Shown here piece by piece: positions 6,857-14,825 of a stretch of DNA of 58,596 nt. The translations under genes were made by a program, and so were the position numbers. Below the pieces are notes generated by a model that ran no database searches, was not told the DNA's origin, and saw only the letters and a program-made list of their open reading frames with translations. Positions within the stretch are counted from its first letter, which is position 1; every line of letters starts with the position of its first letter. Origin of the DNA: a virus (taxonomy: Duplodnaviria > Caudoviricetes); the IMG/VR virus record IMGVR_UViG_3300012942_000006, positions 1 through 58,596 of that record; one strand, written 5' to 3'.

Positions 6857-9739
6857 GTGCCCGATAGGAAGTACAAGCCAGAAACCGTCCGAGCAGCTTT
6901 CTCTCCATACTTCGTGGGTGAAGAGAGCGATGGCGAACAAAGGATGTTCTGCCCGGTCTGCGAGGACCCCGACACAAGTCACTCGCCTAGTGCATCTATC
7001 AATCCAGAAGAGGGTATATGGAACTGCCTGAAGGGGAATCACGGCGGATCGATCTATCGCCTGGCGCAAGACCTCAAGAAGGAGAACGGCTGGGACATCC
7101 GTTCTGAGTCGCTGAAGTACAAGCACAAAGACCCTGAATACCGTTCCGCAGTACAGTCGAGGCTTAGCTCTGGACGCCAGCCTTCCGCAGCGCCACTTCC
7201 GACAGATGAGAAGATAGCGTCCTGGACAGAGAAGCTCTTCGCTAATAAGCAAGCTCTCAAGGCTCTTCAGGAACAACGAGGCCTGGACCGCAAGACCATC
7301 GTCGACAATGAGCTGGGATGGGACGGAGACCGCTACACCATTCCGGTGCGCGACGAGGATGGCGAGCTGCTGAACGTCCGCCGGTATAAGATGGGCGCTG
7401 AGTCGTCCAACAAGATGCTGAACTGGACTGGACACGGTCAGGCTCAGCTGTACAAGGCAGACATCCTTCGCGATAACGAGGAGATTGTCATCACTGAGGG
7501 CGAGATGGACTGCATCCTGCTCAACCAGTATGGTATCCCCGCCGTAACGCACACTGCCGGCGCAGCCACATTCCGTCCCAATTGGGCGGGTAAGTTCGTC
7601 GACAAGGTCGTCTACATCTGCTACGACAATGACGACGCAGGACGCAAGGGCGCTGCGAAGGTCAATCAGATCCTCAACGCATTCGCTAAGCACGTATTCA
7701 TCATGGACATCGGAGCCATGATCCCGACCAAGGGCGCAGACGTCACAGACTATCTGCACAAGGAAGGGCATACTTCGTCAGAGTTCATGGGGTTGATGAA
7801 CGCTGCAGAGGAGGCGGCCAACTCAGGGCTGAAGACTCGCGCTCCTATCTCGCAGGCTGGCGAGCCGATGTCGCTCAATGACTCCATGGCGCAGTCAAAC
7901 CAGTCCAAAACTATGGAGCTGACTGTGAGCATTGCCGGTAGACAGCAGGAGCCGTACACAACTCCAAAGCTAATCACTGTCACTTGCGACCAGTCCAAGG
8001 GTGCTGCGTGCAACTCCTGCCCCATCGCAGCGAGGAACGGACAGGCTGAATTCGACATCCGCCCAGACGACGAGAATCTATTCAGATTCGTCGACGTTAC
8101 CGAGCAGCGTCGCAAGGCGCTTCTGAAGGAACTTACTGGTGCGCGATGCACCGACCGAGCAGACTTCGACGTGGATGAGAATTGGCACGTCGAGGAGTTG
8201 CTTGTGCAACCGTCCGTCGACGACCGAAAGGACGACCAGACACAGCAGCCAGTGCGGCGCACTGTGTTCGCAGTTGGAACGCACTCTTCCACCGTGAATC
8301 GGAAGGTGCGCCTGGTCGGGAAGAACGTCGGCGACCCCAAAACCGGCAAGTTGCGATTCATGTCGTGGGTGAACCAGTCTGTTGAGCTAGACATCGACAA
8401 GTTCGTTCTGACAGACGACATGCGCGAGCGCCTGAAGCAATTCCAGCCAGATGAGGACCAGTCTCCTCTCGACAAGATGTTCGAGATCGCGAACGACATG
8501 TCGTCAAACGTGACGCACATCTATGGTCGTGATCTTCTCCACGTTGCATACGATCTCGTGTGGCATTCTGTCATATCGTTCCGCATCGGCGACATGCTCG
8601 TCGAGAAGGGATGGCTCGAGATGGCAGTCGTTGGGGACACCCGTACTGGTAAATCCGAGATCGCTAACAAGCTGATCAAGCACTACAGGTCCGGAACATT
8701 GCAGTCTTGCGAGGGTATGTCATTCCCCGGCATCGTCGGAGGCGTCCAGCAGATCGACGGGCGCTGGCACATGACATGGGGCGTGGTACCGATGAACGAC
8801 CGTCGTATGGTCGTTCTGGATGAGGTGTCTGGGCTCAAGGAGAAGGACGTCATCGAGCAGATGTCATCGATCCGCTCCTCTGGCGTTGCCCAGGTGACGA
8901 AGATCGCAGCCGAGGAGACCAGCGCTCGCACTCGCCTAGCTTGGGTGATGAATCCTGCCGATGGGAGCATGATCAGAGACAATCCGCTTGCAGGAATCGG
9001 CGCTCTGCGGACTGTGGTCCCCAATGCAGAAGACATAGCCAGATTCGACTTCGTGATTGCTACAGCCAAGGGCGATGTCGACTCCAAAGTGATCAACTCA
9101 TCCTTCAGCGAGCTTCACACGCCGATGTACAATGCGGAGGACAGCGAGTCACTCGTCAAATGGGTATGGTCGCTCACTCGCAACGACGTTCATGTCTCAG
9201 ACGCAGCAGCCAAGGCTGCCATCAAGGCGTCGCTTGACCTGGGTGAACGGTATGTGTCAGATCCTCCGCTCATCCAGGCTGAGAATGTTAGATTCAAGGT
9301 GTTACGAATCGCTGCTGCGATTGCGGCGCGAACGTTCTCAGTGTCGAGCAGGGGCAAGCTCCTAGTTAATGCAGAGCACGTTCGGGACGCAGTTCGGTTC
9401 CTTGACATGGTCTACGCCGAAGACTCGCTCGGATACGCCAGGCTGTCTCGCAGGAAGATCGAGTCCGATGCCAAGGCACAGAAGAAGCGCAACATCTGCA
9501 AGGCATATCTGCAGGAGCATCCGGACTCGGTCCTGCTGACGCTGCGAATGGTTGGAGGGAACAACTTCCGTACGCGTGACTTCCAGGACTTCGGTGGCAT
9601 GTCTCCGGACGAAGCGAAGGCTGCCGTCAACCAACTCATCAAGTGGCAGCTGGTGTATACGAAGACGCGTGGTGACATCGGTATGTCAAAGATCCTCATG
9701 GACGTGATCCGTGAGCTTGATGACGAAGAAGTCGCATAA
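6857..9739 (+). CDS. DNA primase/helicase: Zn finger + TOPRIM + MCM-like AAA+ helicase
   Basis: CPVC...C..H zinc finger; ITEGEMD and CYDNDDAG TOPRIM motifs; GDTRTGKS, VLDE and ARFD (MCM arginine-finger-like). Confidence 0.9.
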   Translation: MPDRKYKPETVRAAFSPYFVGEESDGEQRMFCPVCEDPDTSHSPSASINPEEGIWNCLKGNHGGSIYRLAQDLKKENGWDIRSESLKYKHKDPEYRSAVQSRLSSGRQPSAAPLPTDEKIASWTEKLFANKQALKALQEQRGLDRKTIVDNELGWDGDRYTIPVRDEDGELLNVRRYKMGAESSNKMLNWTGHGQAQLYKADILRDNEEIVITEGEMDCILLNQYGIPAVTHTAGAATFRPNWAGKFVDKVVYICYDNDDAGRKGAAKVNQILNAFAKHVFIMDIGAMIPTKGADVTDYLHKEGHTSSEFMGLMNAAEEAANSGLKTRAPISQAGEPMSLNDSMAQSNQSKTMELTVSIAGRQQEPYTTPKLITVTCDQSKGAACNSCPIAARNGQAEFDIRPDDENLFRFVDVTEQRRKALLKELTGARCTDRADFDVDENWHVEELLVQPSVDDRKDDQTQQPVRRTVFAVGTHSSTVNRKVRLVGKNVGDPKTGKLRFMSWVNQSVELDIDKFVLTDDMRERLKQFQPDEDQSPLDKMFEIANDMSSNVTHIYGRDLLHVAYDLVWHSVISFRIGDMLVEKGWLEMAVVGDTRTGKSEIANKLIKHYRSGTLQSCEGMSFPGIVGGVQQIDGRWHMTWGVVPMNDRRMVVLDEVSGLKEKDVIEQMSSIRSSGVAQVTKIAAEETSARTRLAWVMNPADGSMIRDNPLAGIGALRTVVPNAEDIARFDFVIATAKGDVDSKVINSSFSELHTPMYNAEDSESLVKWVWSLTRNDVHVSDAAAKAAIKASLDLGERYVSDPPLIQAENVRFKVLRIAAAIAARTFSVSSRGKLLVNAEHVRDAVRFLDMVYAEDSLGYARLSRRKIESDAKAQKKRNICKAYLQEHPDSVLLTLRMVGGNNFRTRDFQDFGGMSPDEAKAAVNQLIKWQLVYTKTRGDIGMSKILMDVIRELDDEEVA

Positions 9740-9846
9740 ACATGAAGAGCCCCTGATCGGCCGAAGGACCATTTTCGACCAACCAGGGGCTCTTGTGCCC
9801 GAAACACCAGCAACAAGGAAGGAGCTGAAACCATGATTTCAGCAAC
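9740..9846 (-). ncRNA. candidate small antisense/regulatory RNA
   Basis: Minus-strand GGTAGAGT -10 element (9853-9860); three hairpins whose + strand A-C mismatches are G-U pairs on the minus strand; single-stranded CUCCUUCCUUGUUG. Confidence 0.6.
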
Positions 9847-9880
9847 GGGGCTACTCTACCGCGAAACGTTCGAAGCTGTA

Positions 9881-9938
9881 GTAGTGAAGTTCTGCAGGAT
9901 GGCGTAAGGTAATGTTCATTGAAGCCGGAAGGACCGGC
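9881..9938 (+). promoter_or_regulatory. conserved promoter plus AAGGA-loop hairpin
   Basis: GTAGTG-18-TAAGGT with CTGCAG in the spacer; GCCGG-AAGGA-CCGGC at 9924-9938. Confidence 0.75.
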
Positions 9939-10058
9939 GGAGAGGATCCTCGGCGGTCATCGACGAGATGGCACGTCGGTATCCCCGCGCAATCCCAATA
10001 ACCGGTAAGATAGCCTCAGGCGGAAGGACCGCCAGAGTAAGCAAGGGAAGGACCCATT

Positions 10059-10670
10059 GTGAAGTTCACAGTTTTGGTCGAGGTCGAGGTCGAACGAGAG
10101 GAAGGCAAGTTCGCTGGGCGTGACGAGGTCTTCGAGAGGCTCGAGGATGCAATCGTAGAGGCGGTCGATATTGCAGACCTCCACGGCCTCGGCGCTGACG
10201 GAAGCAGCACGTACGTAGTCGTCGGCACCGACATGCGCGAGTTGGACCGCAAAGAACTCAAGCATGTCTACGACGAGTACGACGAGCGCGTCGTCCAGGA
10301 TCTTCCCGGCGACGAGAATCTTCGCAAGGAGAATCGACATCTGCGATCTCAGCTGAAGGAGCTGAACGAGACCCTCAACTACGTCAAGGATCGCAACCTC
10401 AAGCTCCTTGAGGAGCAGGAGGCGAAGGCAACGCGCATCTATCAGCGCGATCCCGCAAGCTGGGGCAGAGACTCAAAGCGCACATACATCGACGATAGAC
10501 TTCCCGTCACATATCAGTGGGCTGACAACGACACCCAAGGAAGCTTCAATATCGAGTTTCAGCCCGGCCCCAAGGGCGGAGATCTCGAGATTCGATGCAA
10601 CGGATGGCACGATCTGTTCGTCAAGCCGTACTCCAGCAACGTCATCATCGTGAAGGCGGTGGAGCGCTGA
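10059..10670 (+). CDS. hypothetical protein with coiled coil
   Basis: ORF track; preceded by two AAGGA hairpins. Confidence 0.75.
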   Translation: MKFTVLVEVEVEREEGKFAGRDEVFERLEDAIVEAVDIADLHGLGADGSSTYVVVGTDMRELDRKELKHVYDEYDERVVQDLPGDENLRKENRHLRSQLKELNETLNYVKDRNLKLLEEQEAKATRIYQRDPASWGRDSKRTYIDDRLPVTYQWADNDTQGSFNIEFQPGPKGGDLEIRCNGWHDLFVKPYSSNVIIVKAVER

Positions 10671-10801
10671 TGTGGTATGAATGCGAGGATTGCACTTTCG
10701 CAACCAACAGCCGGAGAAACGCCGACAAGCACGAGCGGGATACCGGACACGACGTTGAGGAGACCGTCGACGAGATGGCATTCGGAGAGGACGACTTCTG
10801 A
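10670..10801 (+). CDS. small C2H2-type zinc-finger protein
   Basis: MWYECEDCTFATNSRRNADKHERDTGH = C-x2-C-x12-H-x5-H; TGATG coupling. Confidence 0.65.
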   Translation: MWYECEDCTFATNSRRNADKHERDTGHDVEETVDEMAFGEDDF

Positions 10802-11031
10802 TGGAGAAGCACAGGCGGAAACACCGCAAGACCTTCATCTCGGCAACTCGCAATCCTGTCGGCATCGCAACGATGTCAGAGGCGATCGAGCGTCAGAGCC
10901 ATCTCGCTGCCGCAGATAAGTACTGGCACGAGGGGCTCCAGATTGTTGAGTCTGAGCCGCTCTACGACGAAGACTCGACGGTAAGAATTCGCGAGGGGCA
11001 GAGCAGGAACGGTATAGGAGACATCCGATGA
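10801..11031 (+). CDS. hypothetical protein
   Basis: ORF track; translationally coupled. Confidence 0.55.
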   Translation: MEKHRRKHRKTFISATRNPVGIATMSEAIERQSHLAAADKYWHEGLQIVESEPLYDEDSTVRIREGQSRNGIGDIR

Positions 11032-11579
11032 TTACCTGGATGACGAGGATGTCAATACTCGATACGGCAGACGATCTTGAGCCGGACCTGGCGTTCCAGA
11101 CGATGTCGCAGGGCATCAAGCTCCTGCGGTCTCTGACCACCGAGGACGGCGTCTATGGAAACACGCGCCCCGAGTTCAGGATGTGGGAATACCACGAGAC
11201 TGCTCTGGCGGCATATCTGGTGGCGCTTGAGGCGTCTCTGTCCACTAGAGGTGTGTTCTCGTTTCACCACCATCGAGTCAGGAGTACGCTGTTCGACTTC
11301 CAGAGGGTGAATCCAGAAGTTCAGTTCGAGTCTCCTTCTTGGTGGGAAGACGTCGATGTCCTACGGTCCCACCGCAGCAATCTCATCCGCCGATGGCCAG
11401 ATCAGTATGGAGAGACATGGAGGCGCACTCCGAAGAACATGCCGTATCTATGGCCGTTTATCGACCGAGAACAGCCAAGCAAGTATCGTTTGTTCGTCTC
11501 GGCTCACGACAAGAGCCTACTTCAGACCGGAGAGCGTAAGCTCGACAGCTCCCTCAGAGAAAGAGTAGCCAACCTATGA
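11028..11579 (+). CDS. pyrimidine-dimer DNA glycosylase-like protein (MSMEG_6728-like)
   Basis: RMWEYHE..L..Y, PSWW...V.RSHRSNLIRR.PDQY and PYLWP motifs. Confidence 0.7.
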   Translation: MITWMTRMSILDTADDLEPDLAFQTMSQGIKLLRSLTTEDGVYGNTRPEFRMWEYHETALAAYLVALEASLSTRGVFSFHHHRVRSTLFDFQRVNPEVQFESPSWWEDVDVLRSHRSNLIRRWPDQYGETWRRTPKNMPYLWPFIDREQPSKYRLFVSAHDKSLLQTGERKLDSSLRERVANL

Positions 11580-12373
11580 AGATTGCAGTCCTGGGCTGTG
11601 GACCAGCTGGCATGTTTGCTGCGCATGCCGCAATTGGCCATGGTAACCAAGTAGACATCTTCTCCAAGCCTCGCAAGTCATTCATGCGTGGTGCGCAGTA
11701 CCTTCACAGGCCGATCCCTGGCCTATCGACTGATCCATTCAAGGTGGACTACCGCCTAGTCGGTTCTGTGGCCGGATATCGCGACAAGGTCTACGGCGAC
11801 GACCCCGATCTGCCCGTGTCCCCGCAGTCTCTCGTGGGAGTGCACGATGCATGGGACATTCGAGAGGCATACGACAACGCATGGTCCGAGTATAGCCCTC
11901 TGGTACGAGACTGGGATGCATCATCGCTGGCGGGATTCGAATTCCTGGACGAACGCGTCAACCAGTACGACCTCGTGATCTCTACCATCCCGGCGAAGAC
12001 ACTATGCTATCGCGTAGACCAGCACACCTTCAAATCTGAGAAGATATGGAGCACCGACTTCGTGAAGCATGTCGGTATATTCGAGGACAAGATCGGCGAG
12101 CCTATCGTCGACAATGTCGTCATCTGCTCCGGAGATCCAGACGACTGGTGGTATCGTCAGTCCAGAATCCAGGGATACGAGAACACGGAGTTTCCGTACG
12201 ACCGCAAGCCATCGACAGACGTTGTCTGGGAGGTTGAGAAGCCGGTCTCTAACAACTGCGACTGCTGGCCGGAGATTCGAAGGCTCGGCCGGTACGGAGC
12301 CTGGCGGAAGGGTATCCTCTCGCACGACGCATTCTACAACGTGGAGCGTTGGCTTGGGGTGGTGGCTGCGTGA
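11576..12373 (+). CDS. FAD-dependent oxidoreductase
   Basis: N-terminal Rossmann motif KIAVLGCGPAG, GAQYLH, YDLVISTIP, C-terminal LGRYGAW. Confidence 0.85.
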   Translation: MKIAVLGCGPAGMFAAHAAIGHGNQVDIFSKPRKSFMRGAQYLHRPIPGLSTDPFKVDYRLVGSVAGYRDKVYGDDPDLPVSPQSLVGVHDAWDIREAYDNAWSEYSPLVRDWDASSLAGFEFLDERVNQYDLVISTIPAKTLCYRVDQHTFKSEKIWSTDFVKHVGIFEDKIGEPIVDNVVICSGDPDDWWYRQSRIQGYENTEFPYDRKPSTDVVWEVEKPVSNNCDCWPEIRRLGRYGAWRKGILSHDAFYNVERWLGVVAA

Positions 12374-13005
12374 GGCTGCATCCGCTTGCGCCTGTGGTGG
12401 CGCTTGACATTGACGGCACCCTGGGCGACTACTACGGACACTTCAAGTGGTTTGCGGAACTGTACCTTCAGCAGGATCTTAGATGCGATTGGACCGGAAC
12501 CACCAACTTTGATGAGGCTCTCAACCTCGACAAAGAGACATATCGAGACATCAAGCTCGCCTATCGACAGGGTGGAATGAAACGCTCCATTCCTGTCCTA
12601 GACGGAGACGCAGGCCGAGCGCTGATCCAAAACATCCGGGAGCGACTCGGAGTTCAGGTCTGGATCTGTACGACGCGCCCATGGCAGCGTCTAGACAACA
12701 TTGACCCCGATACCCAATTCTGGATTCAGCGCAACTTCGGACGAGTCGACGGAGTGATCTACGGAGAGGACAAGTACGAGGACCTCATCGACATCGTGGG
12801 CCGAGACCGCATCCTCGGAGTCGTCGACGATCTGCCAGAGAACGTTCGTCGCGCTGGATCTCTCGGGCTTCGCGCAGCGATCCGCGCCGGGCAGCACAAC
12901 GCTGCGTGGAGGCTCGTATATCCTACCGTCCCGACCATTCACCACAACAGCAACATCTACAGCCTAGTTGAAACCTGGAAGGACCAGAAGAAAAATGAAC
13001 ATTGA
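12370..13005 (+). CDS. HAD-superfamily phosphatase (5'-nucleotidase-like)
   Basis: VVALDIDGTL motif I, CTTR motif II, K...VVDD motifs III/IV; GTGA overlap. Confidence 0.85.
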   Translation: MRLHPLAPVVALDIDGTLGDYYGHFKWFAELYLQQDLRCDWTGTTNFDEALNLDKETYRDIKLAYRQGGMKRSIPVLDGDAGRALIQNIRERLGVQVWICTTRPWQRLDNIDPDTQFWIQRNFGRVDGVIYGEDKYEDLIDIVGRDRILGVVDDLPENVRRAGSLGLRAAIRAGQHNAAWRLVYPTVPTIHHNSNIYSLVETWKDQKKNEH

Positions 13006-13789
13006 CGTACGCAAGGCGCTCACCCAGTCCGGATCGGACGACAATGTCCGCGTCACAGTCAACGTGTGGGCTAGCGACACGCCTGAGCTGAGAGCGATCC
13101 TCACCAAGCACTTTCCGGCATGGGCTGAGTTGTTCGCTCGTAAGAACAGCGAGTACGGCTCCGGCAGCGCATTCGATCTAGGGGAGCGCGGTCAGTTCTC
13201 AGACATCTACCGCAAGATCATCAAGCTGAAGCGCGCCATGTGGGACGAAGACGAATCGGTCCTCACGACCGAGGGCGTCGACGAGATCATCATGGACCTG
13301 ATCGGACACTGCTTCCTTACGCTCGAGATGCGGGCTCGCAAGGACGCCGAGAAGACCAACAGCTTCGCGGTCAACAGCGTATCTATCAGTCCCGCCATGA
13401 TGACGCAGGACGACTTCGAGGCGATGGTCCAGAAGGCGGGGATGTTCGTCATCCCCAATGAGGATCGGGGTCCTAAGAAGGTCGACAGCGAACCCAAGAC
13501 TCAGACCGCAGACTCCGACGCTCTCAACTGGACTGCCCCAGACGGGCGACGATTCAGCGTCGGCGATAACGTTCGACTCAAGCAGCACCTGGGCAAGGGA
13601 CCAGTCTATGTTCTGCGCTCAATCGATCCCTATGATGCACGCGGGATGATCTTTGAGCTGAACAATCCGATGTGGACTACTGAACAGAACATCTTCGTAC
13701 ATCCTACATGGGTATACAAGGACGGCGATAAGTCACCGGAGGAGCTGGCTCTCGACTCTCGACCGATCGCGGACAATCCGCAAGCCTGA
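12995..13789 (+). CDS. DUF1599/nucleotide-modification-associated domain 1 protein with C-terminal extension
   Basis: ELFARKNSEYG...IYRKIIKL...EIIMDLIGH signature. Confidence 0.65.
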   Translation: MNIDVRKALTQSGSDDNVRVTVNVWASDTPELRAILTKHFPAWAELFARKNSEYGSGSAFDLGERGQFSDIYRKIIKLKRAMWDEDESVLTTEGVDEIIMDLIGHCFLTLEMRARKDAEKTNSFAVNSVSISPAMMTQDDFEAMVQKAGMFVIPNEDRGPKKVDSEPKTQTADSDALNWTAPDGRRFSVGDNVRLKQHLGKGPVYVLRSIDPYDARGMIFELNNPMWTTEQNIFVHPTWVYKDGDKSPEELALDSRPIADNPQA

Positions 13790-14712
13790 TGCATTACGTC
13801 TCGTTGCACAGCCATTCCACGTACTCATACATGGACGGCTACGGTCTACCAGAGCAGCATGTTGAGCGAGTAGCTGAGCTGGGCATGAAGGCGCTCGCCC
13901 TCACTGAGCACGGCAATGTGTCATCGCACGTGAAGCTCGAGAAGGCTGCAGAGAAGCACGGTATCAAGCCGATCTACGGACTGGAGGCTTATACGGCTCC
14001 GGCTGACATGCGCGAGACTCGTAACATGCGCAAGTGGCATCAGACGATTCTGGCCATGAATCAGAATGGATATCAGAATCTCAATAAGATGGTTACGAGG
14101 AGCTGGAATGATAACTTCTACCGCTGGCCGACGGTTCTTGGCAAAGACGTCCAGGAGCTCAATAAGGATCTTATCTTCACGTCGGGCTGCGCCGATTCGC
14201 TCCTGGCGTGCACGCTCCTTGGCGGCAAGGGTATCGAAGTTGGAGACTACGACGCAGCCGTCAAGGTGCTCAAAAAGTTCAAACGTATGCTGGGCGATCG
14301 CTACTATCTAGAGGTCCAGCGCTTCCCAGGACTAGAGCGTACCCGCATTCTCAACAGGCAGTACGCTGCGTGGAGCAAGGAGTTCGGGATCCCTCTAGTT
14401 GCTACATCTGATGTGCACTATCCGAAGCCGGAGCACAATGAGATGCAGAAGATCCTTCATGCCGCTGGCCGAAACACTGGCACGGTCGCAGCAGCAGAGG
14501 CCGAGTGGGAATACAACATCCTCTTGACCTATCCGGAGTCAGACGACCAGGTTCTATTCGATCTTATGGAGACTGGGCTCACTCGTGGCGAGGCCCAGGC
14601 CGCAATCATCAACACAGAGGAGATTGCAGAGCGATGCACAGTGGTACTTCCAAAGATGGACCGCATCCGCTATCCGGGGACGAAGAGAGACCTACTCCCG
14701 TGGACAGACTGA
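13789..14712 (+). CDS. dnaE: DNA polymerase III alpha, PHP domain (N-terminal part of split DnaE)
   Basis: LHSHSTYSYMDG, ALTEHG, KPIYGLEAY, VATSDVHY. Confidence 0.92.
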   Translation: MHYVSLHSHSTYSYMDGYGLPEQHVERVAELGMKALALTEHGNVSSHVKLEKAAEKHGIKPIYGLEAYTAPADMRETRNMRKWHQTILAMNQNGYQNLNKMVTRSWNDNFYRWPTVLGKDVQELNKDLIFTSGCADSLLACTLLGGKGIEVGDYDAAVKVLKKFKRMLGDRYYLEVQRFPGLERTRILNRQYAAWSKEFGIPLVATSDVHYPKPEHNEMQKILHAAGRNTGTVAAAEAEWEYNILLTYPESDDQVLFDLMETGLTRGEAQAAIINTEEIAERCTVVLPKMDRIRYPGTKRDLLPWTD

Positions 14713-14825
14713 GAGACTGCTACTACTGCGACAGTGACACGCATGTCTGCGGCGGCTGCGGAAAGCCGGTTCCGCATGGTCCGAACGCATGCCTGCGGGC
14801 GCTCAATGGACTGGAGTGCAAATGA
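14700..14825 (+). CDS. 41-aa Cys-rich protein between the two dnaE parts
   Basis: MDRLRDCYYCDSDTHVCGGCGKPVPHGPNAC...; its stop overlaps the ATG at 14822. Confidence 0.55.
   Translation: MDRLRDCYYCDSDTHVCGGCGKPVPHGPNACLRALNGLECK

Noticed and set aside
14713-14821. Intron or split intein in dnaE
   Set aside because: Too short for a group I/II intron, no intein terminal motifs, and the downstream part has its own SD and ATG
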